In this document: positions 1 to 15,644 of the stretch, piece after piece
Numbering within the stretch: position 1 is the stretch's first letter
How the letters are laid out: every line of letters begins with the position of its first letter
Source of the DNA: Tubiluchus corallicola
Taxonomy: Eukaryota; Animalia; Priapulida
Length of the DNA: 22,097 nt
Direction: 5' to 3'
NCBI GenBank assembly: GCA_030141605.1
Contig: JAQGDQ010001892.1
Span: 1-22,097 of the forward strand
The notes under the pieces: generated by a model
Seen by the model: only the letters and a program-made list of their open reading frames with translations
The model's database searches: none
Told to the model about the DNA's origin: nothing
Made by a program: the position numbers and the translations under genes

Positions 1-1440
<1,440 letters not shown>

Positions 1441-1554
1441 ATGCCCGTCACATCTATTGTAGACATTGGGCAGACAGAACTCTAAAATAAGAGATCTGCC
1501 TTCAGACAGGTAAACGCAGGTAAAAAACTAGACACTGTTACGCCACTGGCTTGT

Positions 1555-1823
1555 CAGCACCACTTCCGTTAAAGATTTCCCATATTCCAAGTGCAAATAT
1601 CAGCAATCATTCCGCATTCATTCATTCTGTGCTTCTGAAGACTCCCGGCATTTCACCTGCACTCTAGAATGAAGTCAAAGATTTCTCCCATTTTTAGTCT
1701 AAACATTATCATTCTTAGCAGTTCTCTATCATTATTTGCTTCAGCCTGTTAAGAATTTCAGACAGTCTTCAAAGATTCCTCATATTCTGCTCTAAGTATC
1801 ATCGTTTCCTTTACCATTCTTCG
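1555..1823. repeat. Highly diverged copies of the 80-bp unit flanking the homogeneous array
   Basis: TTAAAGATTTCCCATATTCCAAGTGCAAATATCAGCAAT (~1569), AAAGATTTCTCC...AGTCTAAACATTATC (~1677) and AAAGATTCCTCATATT (~1771) echo the unit TTAAAGATTCCACTCATTGAAAGTCTAAACATCAGCAG. Confidence 0.7.
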
Positions 1824-3133
1824 CCTTCTAAGAACTCATGTATTAAAGATTCCACTCATTGAAAGTCTAAACATCAGCAGTTTTTCACCATTATTCACTC
1901 CAGCCTTCTAAGAACTCATGTATTAAAGATTCCACACATTGAAAGTCTAAACATCAGCAATTTTTCACCATTATTCACTCCAGCCTTCTAAGAACTCATG
2001 TATTAAAGATTCCACTCATTGAAAGTCTAAACATCAGCAGTTTTTCACCATTATTCACTCCAGCCTTCTAAGAACTCATGTATTAAAGATTCCACACATT
2101 GAAAGTCTAAACATCAGCAGTTTTTCACCATTATTCACTCCAGCCTTCTAAGAACTCATGTATTAAAGATTCCACTCATTGAAAGTCTAAACATCAGCAG
2201 TTTTTCACCATTATTCACTCCAGCCTTCTAAGAACTCATGTGTTAAAGATTCCACACATTGAAAGTCTAAACATCAGCAGTTTTTCACCATTATTCACTC
2301 CAGCCTTCTAAGAACTCATGTATTAAAGATTCCACTCATTGAAAGTCTAAACATCAGCAGTTTTTCACCATTATTCACTCCAGCCTTCTAAGAACTCATG
2401 TATTAAAGATTCCACTCATTGAAAGTCTAAACATCAGCAGTTTTTCACCATTATGCACTCCAGCCTTCTAAGAACTCATGTGTTAAAGAGTCCACTCATT
2501 GAAAGTCTAAACATCAGCAGTTTTTCACCATTATGCACTCCAGCCTTCTAAGAACTCATGTATTAAAGATTCCACACATTGAAAGTCTAAACATCAGCAG
2601 TTTTCCACACATTGAAAGTCTAAACATCAGCAGTTTTTCACCATTATGCACTCCAGCCTTCTAAGAACTCATATGTTAAAGATTCCACACATTGAAAGTC
2701 TAAACATCAGCAGTTTTTCACCATTATTCACTCCAGCCTTCTAAGAACTCATGTATTAAAGATTCCACTCATTGAAAGTCTAAACATCAGCAGTTTTTCA
2801 CCATTATTCACTCCAGCCTTCTAAGAACTCATGTATTAAAGATTCCACTCATTGAAAGTCTAAACATCAGCAGTTTTTCACCATTATGCACTCCAGCCTT
2901 CTAAGAACTCATGTGTTAAAGAGTCCACTCATTGAAAGTCTAAACATCAGCAGTTTTTCACCATTATGCACTCCAGCCTTCTAAGAACTCATGTATTAAA
3001 GATTCCACACATTGAAAGTCTAAACATCAGCAGTTTTTCACCATTATTCACTTCAGCCTTCTAAGAACTCATGTATTAAAGATTCCACTCATTGAAAGTC
3101 TAAACATCAGCAGTTTTTCATCATTATTCGCTT
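1824..3133. repeat. 80-bp tandem satellite, ~16 copies
   Basis: CAGCCTTCTAAGAACTCATG recurs at 1901, 1981, 2061 etc. One 33-bp truncated unit shifts the register (GAAAGTC at 2581, then 2614). Confidence 0.97.
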
Positions 3134-3203
3134 CTGGTGATGTGCTTTTTGCCAAAATAAACCTGGACTGCATTAGTTTGCAAATTCTACACCTACATTT
3201 TAC

Positions 3204-3314
3204 CTTTTTTTGTCACACGTTTCTTTTTCTTCTTCTTCAATTCCTCGCTCTGTTTCTTGTAGACAGTGTGGCACTACCGGTCATTAATGTACTCCCACTC
3301 ACTCGTATATGCAG
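3204..3314 (-). other. Candidate 111-bp exon remnant (possibly pseudogenic)
   Basis: Minus strand reads ...CTAACTTTAG|CTGCATATACG...ACAAAAAAAG|GTAAAAT. The phase-1 reading AAYTSEWEYINDR*CHTVYKKQSEELKKKKKKRVTKK is protein-like but has one TAG. Confidence 0.2.
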
Positions 3315-3506
3315 CTAAAGTTAGATTTGACTGAACTTGTTGAACATATTTATTTATATTAGCTGTCCAGTTTGTTTTTGAGTCGTAAGGTGGTTTTTTG
3401 CAAGGCTTTATGGTTTCCTTTAAGGCGATTCTTACTGGTGTTTCGTTTGCTTATCTGTTGTGTCCTAAGCATCTAAAAACTTCTGTGGAAGCTTGACTTT
3501 TGAACT

Positions 3507-3757
<251 letters not shown>

Positions 3758-3758
<1 letters not shown>

Positions 3759-3846
3759 CTCTCTCTTTCTTGCTTTCTCTCTCTCTCTTTCTCTCTCTTT
3801 CTTATTCTCTTTCTCTCTTTCTCTCTCTCTCTCTCTGCCTCTCTTT

Positions 3847-3877
<31 letters not shown>

Positions 3878-3904
3878 CTTCTCTCTTTCTCCCCCTCTCC
3901 CTCT
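3758..3904. repeat. Imperfect (CT)n microsatellite / polypyrimidine tract
   Basis: Directly visible; it generates the RE/LS pseudo-ORFs. Confidence 0.95.
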
Positions 3905-4010
3905 TTTTAAAATGACTCATAATACTGCCTACCTACAACTGCGTTCAGTCCTCCTAATCTTTAAAATAAATCAATAGTTCATAGTTTCTGGTAATTAAAA
4001 TATCACTCAC

Positions 4011-4037
4011 CTTAGCGGCAGTTAGTGCAAAAGAAAT
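4011..4037 (-). other. Candidate 27-nt micro-exon
   Basis: Minus strand reads GTGTTTTTCTTTCTTTTTTGTTTTTGCAG|ATTTCTTTTGCACTAACTGCCGCTAAG|GTGAGTG, with a strong polypyrimidine acceptor and a consensus donor. Confidence 0.35.
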
Positions 4038-4506
4038 CTGCAAAAACAAAAAAGAAAGAAAAACACGCACAAGTATATATGAACAATAAAATAATGATAA
4101 TAAAAATTGCAGATCTATCTGTACGCTTCACGTTCAAGTTTACACGCTGAAAGTACAGTATAAACCAGAATGACGCTGCTTTGCGCAAAGCCTTCCAAAC
4201 TCGCGTAGTCTTGGAAACGCAAACGCGAGTCTTGAAAACAATGGACGACTGTCATTGTACTGCGTCTATACTTTTAATAACTTCCCAACCTTAGATATAT
4301 TACGCTATGAAAAATTTGAAAACTTTCCACCATTCACGCAGTTACTCCGCCCTCGGCATATTCCCGTTCTCCAGACCTCGTTCCTTCCGGTGGGCCCGAT
4401 TCGAAAAATAAACCCCCAGTGGCACGACACTAAATCGAGACCTTTCGTTTGATGTATCCTAGAATCTTATATATATTAAGCCCATACCAGTAGAATTAAT
4501 ATATAG

Positions 4507-7662
<3,156 letters not shown>

Positions 7663-8462
7663 GCAATAAACCTGAAAGTTGAGAAAGTCAAACATAATAT
7701 GTAATTACGACTTTGAGTGAGTCTTAAAGAGTGAAAAAAATTATTTAAATAGTTACGAATATGAAATATGTGATTATCTGTCACTGCACCACTTACTTGT
7801 ATTACAATGCACCATATTACTTACTTGTATATACAATGATATACATTCACACATATATGTATCCAAATTTAAGTTCGGGAAAAGAGATTAAATTATATAT
7901 TATACTTGCAGTAATAGCTATAATTGTATAGAATATTTAAATACAATTGATGGTAGTAATATAGCCACCATAACCATTAAAGATGGGCTATGGGGAGGGA
8001 GGAGGCAAATTATAAGAATATTAGTGATTCATTAGCAAAATTAATGCTACATTAATACATTCAAAATTTTTGTATCACTGGTATTTGCTGGTTATATGCT
8101 AAGAGTATTCAAGGACTTATTTTCCAAGTAGAAACAGATACAGATATCGGCTGCGATGAATGAATAATTTTATTTTAATTGCTTTATACATTTTATTAAA
8201 AGGTATAAATGACACGTTTTCCATGACTGTTTACTATTAATTTTCATTCACCATTACGCTCTACTTCTTGACTGATTTACTTCAGAAATTTCTTTTTGAG
8301 TTTTCTTCCCGCTTTTTTCGGGAAACCCTTTTTATTCAGTTTAAAAATTTAGTACATGAATCCAGTCTATGTCGTCTGGATAATGTTTTTACTTCAGTTA
8401 CGACTGATAGGATTCCTAGGTAGTGCAGGTGTGATGCGGAATGTATAACGTCTCAAAGATAA

Positions 8463-8518
8463 TTATTGTATCTATGGTCTTGTAGTTCAGTTTATTGTAT
8501 CTATGGTCTTGTAGTTCA
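8463..8518. repeat. 29-bp direct tandem duplication
   Basis: TTATTGTATCTATGGTCTTGTAGTTCA at 8463 and 8492. Confidence 0.9.
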
Positions 8519-8651
8519 TGGTATTTGTTACAACACATAATAAATAGTTTTGCAGAAGCTAATATATAAAGGCTTTATATAAGTTTGAAAGTGTAAAACT
8601 TATGATTTGGCTCTAACCATTTTTGCTTTTCTTTTTGTTGACGAATGAGGG

Positions 8652-9150
8652 TGTGGATAGCTGTGCTAAATCATGATTATGATTAAATTAGTGATTAAAT
8701 TATTAATTTATTGTTTCAGGATTAAATGCTTGACGATGCAAGATTAAACTATCGTCGTGGCTAGAAGCCTAGTTAAGTGTGGCATCACGTGACCAGCTGA
8801 TGTCCGACCCGATGACTCAGAAGTAGATTGATGATGTAATCCTTATGCGCAGAAGCTCACGGCGCATTAGGTAGTTAGACAAAAGTGTTTTGAGGCCCGC
8901 ACCTCGGGGGAAATTATGAACTGACTTGAAGACGTAGGGCTGGCATTACTATCCTCTTATATTTACCGTGTTGTGGTTGTTGTTTAATAAATGTGTAGTT
9001 TATTAAATAAAGTCTTGATAGTTTGCCATGCCCATCGTGGCTACTTCACACGCCACACAATAAACAACAATAATCAGCAAGCAGATTTAACCACAAAAAT
9101 AAATAAACTTTAACCAAATTATTTTACTTTACGTGGTTACCAGAAACTGG
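8652..9150 (+). mobile_element. Probable relic LTR related to the LTR at 15181-15629 (boundaries uncertain)
   Basis: It has TGTGG (8652)...CCACA (9095) inverted ends spanning 444 bp. Motifs collinear with the intact LTR are TCACGTGAC/TCATGTGAC, ATGCGCAG/ATGCGCTG, AATAAATGTGT (8986/15483), GTCTTGATAGTTTGCCA/GTCTTATAGCTTTGTCA and CAATAAAC. A PBS-like TGGTTACCAG sits at 9134. No TSD seen. Confidence 0.5.
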
Positions 9151-9311
9151 TCCCTAAAAATGTTCAAAATCACTTTCAGTTTGTTTTCTTTCCTTTCTCT
9201 TCCATCATTCTTTGATACAATTCGATTATCGTTTATCGATCAGAAATTTAACGAAGAAAAATAAAGCAAGAAGAAGACAGCAATAGTTTTTACGATGTTT
9301 TTAATATTTTT

Positions 9312-9864
9312 TACAACTTTGAAAAGCCACGTTTTAAACAAGCAATATGGCGCATCTTCTGAAAGTGTGGTTTCACTAATTAATACATAAGGATTAGCAA
9401 GCCTTTTCACAGTTTTATTGTGCGCACGCGCAGTTGCTGTAGGTCAAAGGTTGAGTGTACCACAGCGACGCGTCTTAACTACAACTGTCACATGACGTGT
9501 GAGTAAACAACGCCGTCTGCCGCATTAGTTTAGTAACGTCAGTAGCTTTACGTGAAATTTACTTAATTATGCATTAGTCTGTGCGTAGAGTGATTTACTA
9601 GCAGGATCTTGCTTGGGAATAAGAAAAAATGAACTAGGTAAGGTTCTAGCTAGCTGTTAAAACTGTTACTATTACAATAGCTTGGGCTGTGAGGCATTGT
9701 CAAGTGTACACAAATGCGTTGTCTGGTACACTTATAACCTTTGAACTTTTTACGCTGGAAATGTGAAAAGGTATGCTGTACGACATTACTGTGAACACAT
9801 GTTTAGAAGAGGTGCCATATTGCCGGTTTACACGTAATTACACACTTGACTTGTATAAGTTGTA
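9312..9864. mobile_element. Old MITE-like element with ~160-bp diverged terminal inverted repeats
   Basis: Left blocks TACAACTT, GCAATATGGCGCATCTTCT (9342), CCTTTTCACA, TCAAAGGTT and AGTGTACCA match, in order, the reverse complement of AAGTTGTA (9857), AGAAGAGGTGCCATATTGC (~9805-9823), TGTGAAAAGG, AACCTTTGA and TGGTACACT. Confidence 0.65.
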
Positions 9865-10199
9865 CACATTATACATTATTTTATGTAATTTGAAATCCAG
9901 CTGTAGTATTTACTGATACGTGTATAGACGGCAGCTCTGCCTGAACTGCACGGGTATCCTCCCCACGATGCCACGCCCACTTGCCGTTTAATCCCACGAA
10001 AATCTATCATGACGAGTGGGTTGCCAGCGTCACCCTGAAAGTTCAATTATGTAGCTATTAATTTCCAATAACAGAATCTTATTCTTAGTGCTTTGTTTTG
10101 GCTGCGTATAGACTGTCAGTGTGTATCAAAAAGTGCACGTTATGAAATTTTATACTTGTCGAAAAACATTTGTGAGCATTTTGATAATTGTAACATAAC

Positions 10200-10727
10200 A
10201 GGTAGTGTCACGTGACATGTAACATCACACATGCACGCAGCATCACATGTGATAATTCCGTATTATGCTATGCGAGTAGCATCGCATGACATGCATCATC
10301 ACCCGACATGTAATGGGGTGAAATAACAAGTAGCATCACATGAGTTGTACCAAATACGTATTACGTTACGTAAGTGACAAATAGCATAAAATGAAATGTA
10401 GCTTCACATGATGTGCTACATCACAAGGCATGTAACATCGCAATATATGTAACATCACATGCAGTATCATATCATGTTACATCACATGGCACGTAGTATC
10501 ACATAATGTAGCATCACATGACATGCAGTATCACATAATGTAACATCACTTAAAACATAACATCATGTGACATGCAGTATCACATAATGTAGCATCACAT
10601 GACATGCAGTAACACATAATGTAACATCACTTAATACATAACATCACGTGACATGCAGTATCACATAATGTAACATCACTTAATACAAAACATCACGTGA
10701 CATGCAGTATCACATAATGTAACATCA
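10200..10727. repeat. Degenerate 15-17-bp minisatellite (core CATCACRTGACATG), forming ~49-bp higher-order units near its 3' end
   Basis: ATCACATGACATGCAGT / ATCACATAATGTAAC / ATCACTTAATACATAAC alternate from ~10490; the upstream copies are degenerate. Confidence 0.8.
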
Positions 10728-13700
10728 TTACTTGCGCTACTAGGACATACAACTTGATTCTGACGTCATGTTTACTTGCGCTACTAGGACATACAACTTC
10801 ATTCTGACGTCATGTTTACTTACCCTACTAGGACATACAACTTGATTCTGACGTCATATTTGCTTACCCTACTAGGACATACAACTTGATTCTGACGTCA
10901 TGTTTACTTACCCTACTAGGACATACATCTTGATTCTGACGTCATATTTGCTTACCCTACTAGGACATACAACTTGATTCTGACGTCATGTTTACTTACC
11001 CTACTAGGACATACAACTTGATTCTGACGTCATATTTACTTACCCTACTAGGACATACAACTTGATTCTGACGTCATACTTACTTACCCTACTAGGACAT
11101 ACATCTTGATTCTGACGTCATGTTTACTTACCCTACTAGGACATACAACTTGATTCTGACGTCATACTTACTTACCCTACTAGGACATACAACTTGATTC
11201 TGACGTCATGTTTGCTTACCCTACTAGGACATACAACTTGATTCTGACGTCATGTTTACTTACCCTACTAGGACATACATCTTGATTCTGACGTCATACT
11301 TACTTACCCTACTAGGACATACATCTTGATTCTGACGTCATGTTTACTTACCCTACTAGGACATACAACTTGATTCTGACGTCATATTTACTTACCCTAC
11401 TAGGACATACAACTTGATTCTGACGTCATATTTACTTACCCTACTAGGACATACAACTTGATTCTGACGTCATACTTACTTACCCTACTAGGATATACAA
11501 CTTGATTCTGACGTCATGTTTATTTACCCTACTAGGACATACAACTTGATTCTGACGTCATGTTTACTTACCCTACTAGGACATACATTTTGATTCTGAC
11601 GTCATACTTACTTACCCTACTAGGATATACAACTTGATTCTGACGTCATGTTTATTTACCCTACTAGGACATACAACTTCATTCTGACGTCATGTTTGCT
11701 TACCCTACTAGGACAAACAACTTGAGTCTGACGTCATGTTTACTTACCCTGCTAGGACATACAACTTGAATGTGACGTCATATTTTCATACCCTACTAGG
11801 ACATACAACTTGATTCTGACGTCATGTTTGCTTACCCTACTAGGACATACAACTTCATTCTGACGTCATGTTTACTTACCCTACTAGGACATACAACTTG
11901 ATTCTGACGTCATGTTTACTTACCCTACTAGGACATACAACTTGATTCTGACGTCATGTTTATTTACCCTACTAGGACATACAACTTCATTCTGACGTCA
12001 TGTTTACTTACCCTACTAGGACATACAACTTGATTCTGACGTCATGTTTACTTACCCTACTAGGACATACAACTTCATTCTGACGTCATATTTACTTACC
12101 CTACTAGGACATACAACTTGATTGTGACGTCATATTTACTTACCCTACTAGGATATACAACTGGATTCTGACGTCATATTTGCTTATACTACTAGGACAT
12201 ACAACTTGATTCTGACGTCATATTTACTTACCCTACTAGGACATACAACTTCATTCTGACGTCATGTTTACTTACACTACTAGGACATACAACTTGAATG
12301 TGACGTCATATTTTCATACCCTACTAGGACATACAACTTGATTCTGACGTCATGTTTGCTTACCCTGCTAGGACATACAACTTGATTCTGACGTCATATT
12401 TACTTACCCTACTAGGACATACAACTTGATTCTGACGTCATGTTTGCTTACCCTACTAGGACATACAACTTGATTCTGACGTCATATTTGCTTACCCTAC
12501 TAGGACATACAACTTGATTCTGACGTCATGTTTACTTACCCTACTAGGACATACAACTTGATTCTGACGTCATGTTTGCTTACCCTGCTAGGACATACAA
12601 CTTGATTCTGACGTCATGTTTACTTACCCTACTAGGACATACAACTTGATTCTGACGTCATATTTACTTACCCTACTAGGACATACAACTTGATTCTGAC
12701 GTCATATTTACTTACCCTACTAGGACATACAACTTGATTCTGACGTCATGTTTACTTACCCTACTAGGACATACAACTTGATTCTGACGTCATATTTACT
12801 TACCCTGCTAGGACATACAACTTGATTCTGACGTCATGTTTACTTACCCTACTAGGACATACAACTTCATTCTGACGTCATATTTACTTACCCTACTAGG
12901 ACATACAACTTGATTCTGACGTCATATTTACTTACCCTACTAGGACATACAACTTGATTCTGACGTCATATTTACTTACCCTACTAGGACATACAACTTG
13001 ATTCTGACGTCATGTTTACTTACCCTACTAGGACATACAACTTGATTCTGACGTCATATTTACTTCCCTACTAGGACATACAACTTTATTCTGACGTCAT
13101 GTTTACTTACCCTACTAGGACATACAACTTGATTCTGACGTCATACTTACTTACCCTACTAGAACATACAACTTGATTCTGACGTCATATTTACTTACCC
13201 TACTAGGATATACAACTTGATTCTGACGTCATGTTTACTTACCCTACTAGGACATACAACTTGATTCTGACGTCATGTTTACTTACCCTACTAGGACATA
13301 CAACTTGATTCTGACGTCATGTTTACTTACCCTACTAGGACATACAACTTGATTCTGACGTCATATTTACTTACCCTACTAGGATATACAACTGGATTCT
13401 GACGTCATATTTGCTTATACTACTAGGACATACAACTTGATTCTGACGTCATATTTACTTACCCTACTAGGACATACAACTTCATTCTGACGTCATGTTT
13501 ACTTACCCTACTAGGACATACAACTTGATTCTGACGTCATGTGTACTTACCCTACTAGGACATACAACTTCATTCTGACGTCATGTTTACTTACCCTACT
13601 AGGACATACAACTTGATTCTGACTTCATATTTACTTACCCTACTAGGACATACAACTTGATTCTGACGTCATGTTTACTTACCCTACTAGGACATACAAC

Positions 13701-15180
13701 TTGATTCTGACGTCATATTTACTTACCCTACTAGGACATACAACTTGATTCTGACGTCATGTTTACTTACCCTACTAGGACATACAACTTGATTCTGACG
13801 TCATGTTTACTTACCCTACTAGGACATACAACTTGATTCTGACGTCATGTTTACTTACCCTACTAGGACATACAACTTGATTCTGACGTCATGTTTACTT
13901 ACCCTACTAGGACATAGAACTTGATTCTGACGTCATGTTTACTTACCCTACTAGGACATACAACTTGATTCTGACGTCATGTTTACTTACCCTACTAGGA
14001 CATACAACTTCATTCTGACGTCATGTTTACTTACCCTACTAGGACATACAACTTCATTCTGACGTCATGTTTACTTACCCTACTAGGACATACAACTTGA
14101 TTCTGACGTCATGTTTACTTACCCTACTAGGACATACAACTTCATTCTGACATCATGTTTACTTACCCTACTAGGACATACAACTTCATTCTGACGTCAT
14201 GTTTACTTACCCTACTAGGACATACAACTTGATTCTGACGTCATGTTTACTTACCCTACTAGGACATACAACTTGATTCTGACGTCATGTTTATTTACCC
14301 TACTAGGATATACAACTTGATTCTGACGTCATATTTACTTCCCTACTAGGACATACAACTTGATTCTGACGTCATATTTACTTACCCTACTAGGACATAC
14401 AACTTGATTCTGACGTCATGTTTATTTACCCTACTAGGATATACAACTTGATTCTGACGTCATGTTTATTTACCCTACTAGGACATACAACTTGATTCTG
14501 ACGTCATATTTACTTCCCTACTAGGACATACAACTTGATTCTGACGTCATGTTTACTTACCCTACTAGGATATACAACTTGATTCTGACGTCATGTTTAT
14601 TTACCCTACTAGGATATACAACTTGATTCTGACGTCATGTTTACTTACCCTACTAGGATATACAACTTGATTCTGACGTCATATTTACTTACCCTACTAG
14701 GACATACAACTTGATTCTGACGTCATGTTTACTTACCCTACTAGGACATACAACTTGATTCTGACGTCATACTTACTTACCCTACTAGGACATACAACTT
14801 GATTCTGACGTCATGTTTACTTACCCTACTAGGACATACAACTTGATTCTGACGTCATGTTTATTTACCCTACTAGGATATACAACTTGATTCTGACGTC
14901 ATGTTTACTTACCCTACTAGGATATACAACTTGATTCTGACGTCATGTTTACTTACCCTACTAGGACATACAACTTGATTCTGACGTCATATTTACTTAC
15001 CCTACTAGGACATACAACTTGATTCTGACGTCATGTTTACTTACCCTACTAGGACATACAACTTGATTCTGACGTCATGTTTACTTACCCTACTAGGACA
15101 TACAACTTGATTCTGACGTCATGTTTGCTTACCCTACTAGGACATACAACTTGATTCTGACGTCATGTTTACTTACCCTA
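10728..15180. repeat. 44-bp tandem satellite, ~101 copies, unit TACTTACCCTACTAGGACATACAACTTGATTCTGACGTCATGTT
   Basis: TAGGAC recurs at 10741, 10785 etc. (period 44). Units carry TGACGTCA and CCTA-C-TAGG palindromes. Confidence 0.98.
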
Positions 15181-15629
15181 AGTAAAGAGAAGATGATAAT
15201 TGTATGATTAGTATTAGCAGTTCAGAAATGAAACGACTCTATGAAGGGGATATGAGAGATATGTAGAAATGAAGCCATGATTTTAGGTGCGGCTGTCATG
15301 TGACTGAATTCCATATATGGACAGCAACAATTATAACGCATGCGCTGTGAGTCCAAAAAGCTGAAGGAAGCCAAGTGGAATGGGAGATCAGATCACGGGG
15401 GAATCTCGAGGAAGCAGGAACAGATCTTGGGCGGTTCGGCAGAGCTATGATATGTACTTTACCATGTAATATATTATTGTGAAATAAATGTGTTAGTCGC
15501 TCATCAATCCAGGTCTTATAGCTTTGTCACCACCTCACGTCAATAAACGGCTGCGGCCTCCTCAATAATCCACCAACAAGTACTACCACTATACGACTCA
15601 GCTCATAAACATAACATATAAATTTTACT
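15181..15629 (+). repeat. 5' LTR (449 bp), termini AGTAAA...TTTACT
   Basis: It begins exactly where the 44-bp unit breaks (...TTACCCTA|AGTAAAG) and ends with a 6-bp inverted terminus overlapping the TGG of the PBS. It contains AATAAA at 15483 and ~15543 and a CArG-like CCATATATGG at 15311. The 3' LTR is not in the window to confirm the boundaries. Confidence 0.7.
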
Positions 15630-15644
15630 GGTACTTGTGACCAG
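15629..15644 (+). promoter_or_regulatory. Primer-binding site, imperfect, possibly tRNA-His
   Basis: TGGTACTTGTGACCAG lies directly at the LTR end. It resembles the complement of an invertebrate tRNA-His 3' end (TGGTGCCGTGACCAG, from recall) with a mismatch/bulge. Confidence 0.55.

Noticed and set aside
1824-3133. LRR-like reading (IESLNISS) of the 80-bp unit
   Set aside because: The 80-bp period breaks frame and a TAA follows within each unit.
4255-4452. 65-aa ORF in the loop
   Set aside because: Non-ATG start, short, and no recognisable domain.
8795-8825. CTGATGT...GATGAC as a retrozyme hammerhead in the relic LTR
   Set aside because: The core is CTGATGT rather than CTGATGA, with no properly placed GAAA or stems.
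10728-15180. CRISPR array
   Set aside because: Head-to-tail units with no unique spacers, no cas genes, and a eukaryotic context.
15241-15262. ATGAAGGGGA as a PPT marking an LTR start near 15251-15262
   Set aside because: The AGTAAA/TTTACT inverted pair and the sharp satellite junction at 15181 fit better. This cannot be fully excluded without the 3' LTR.
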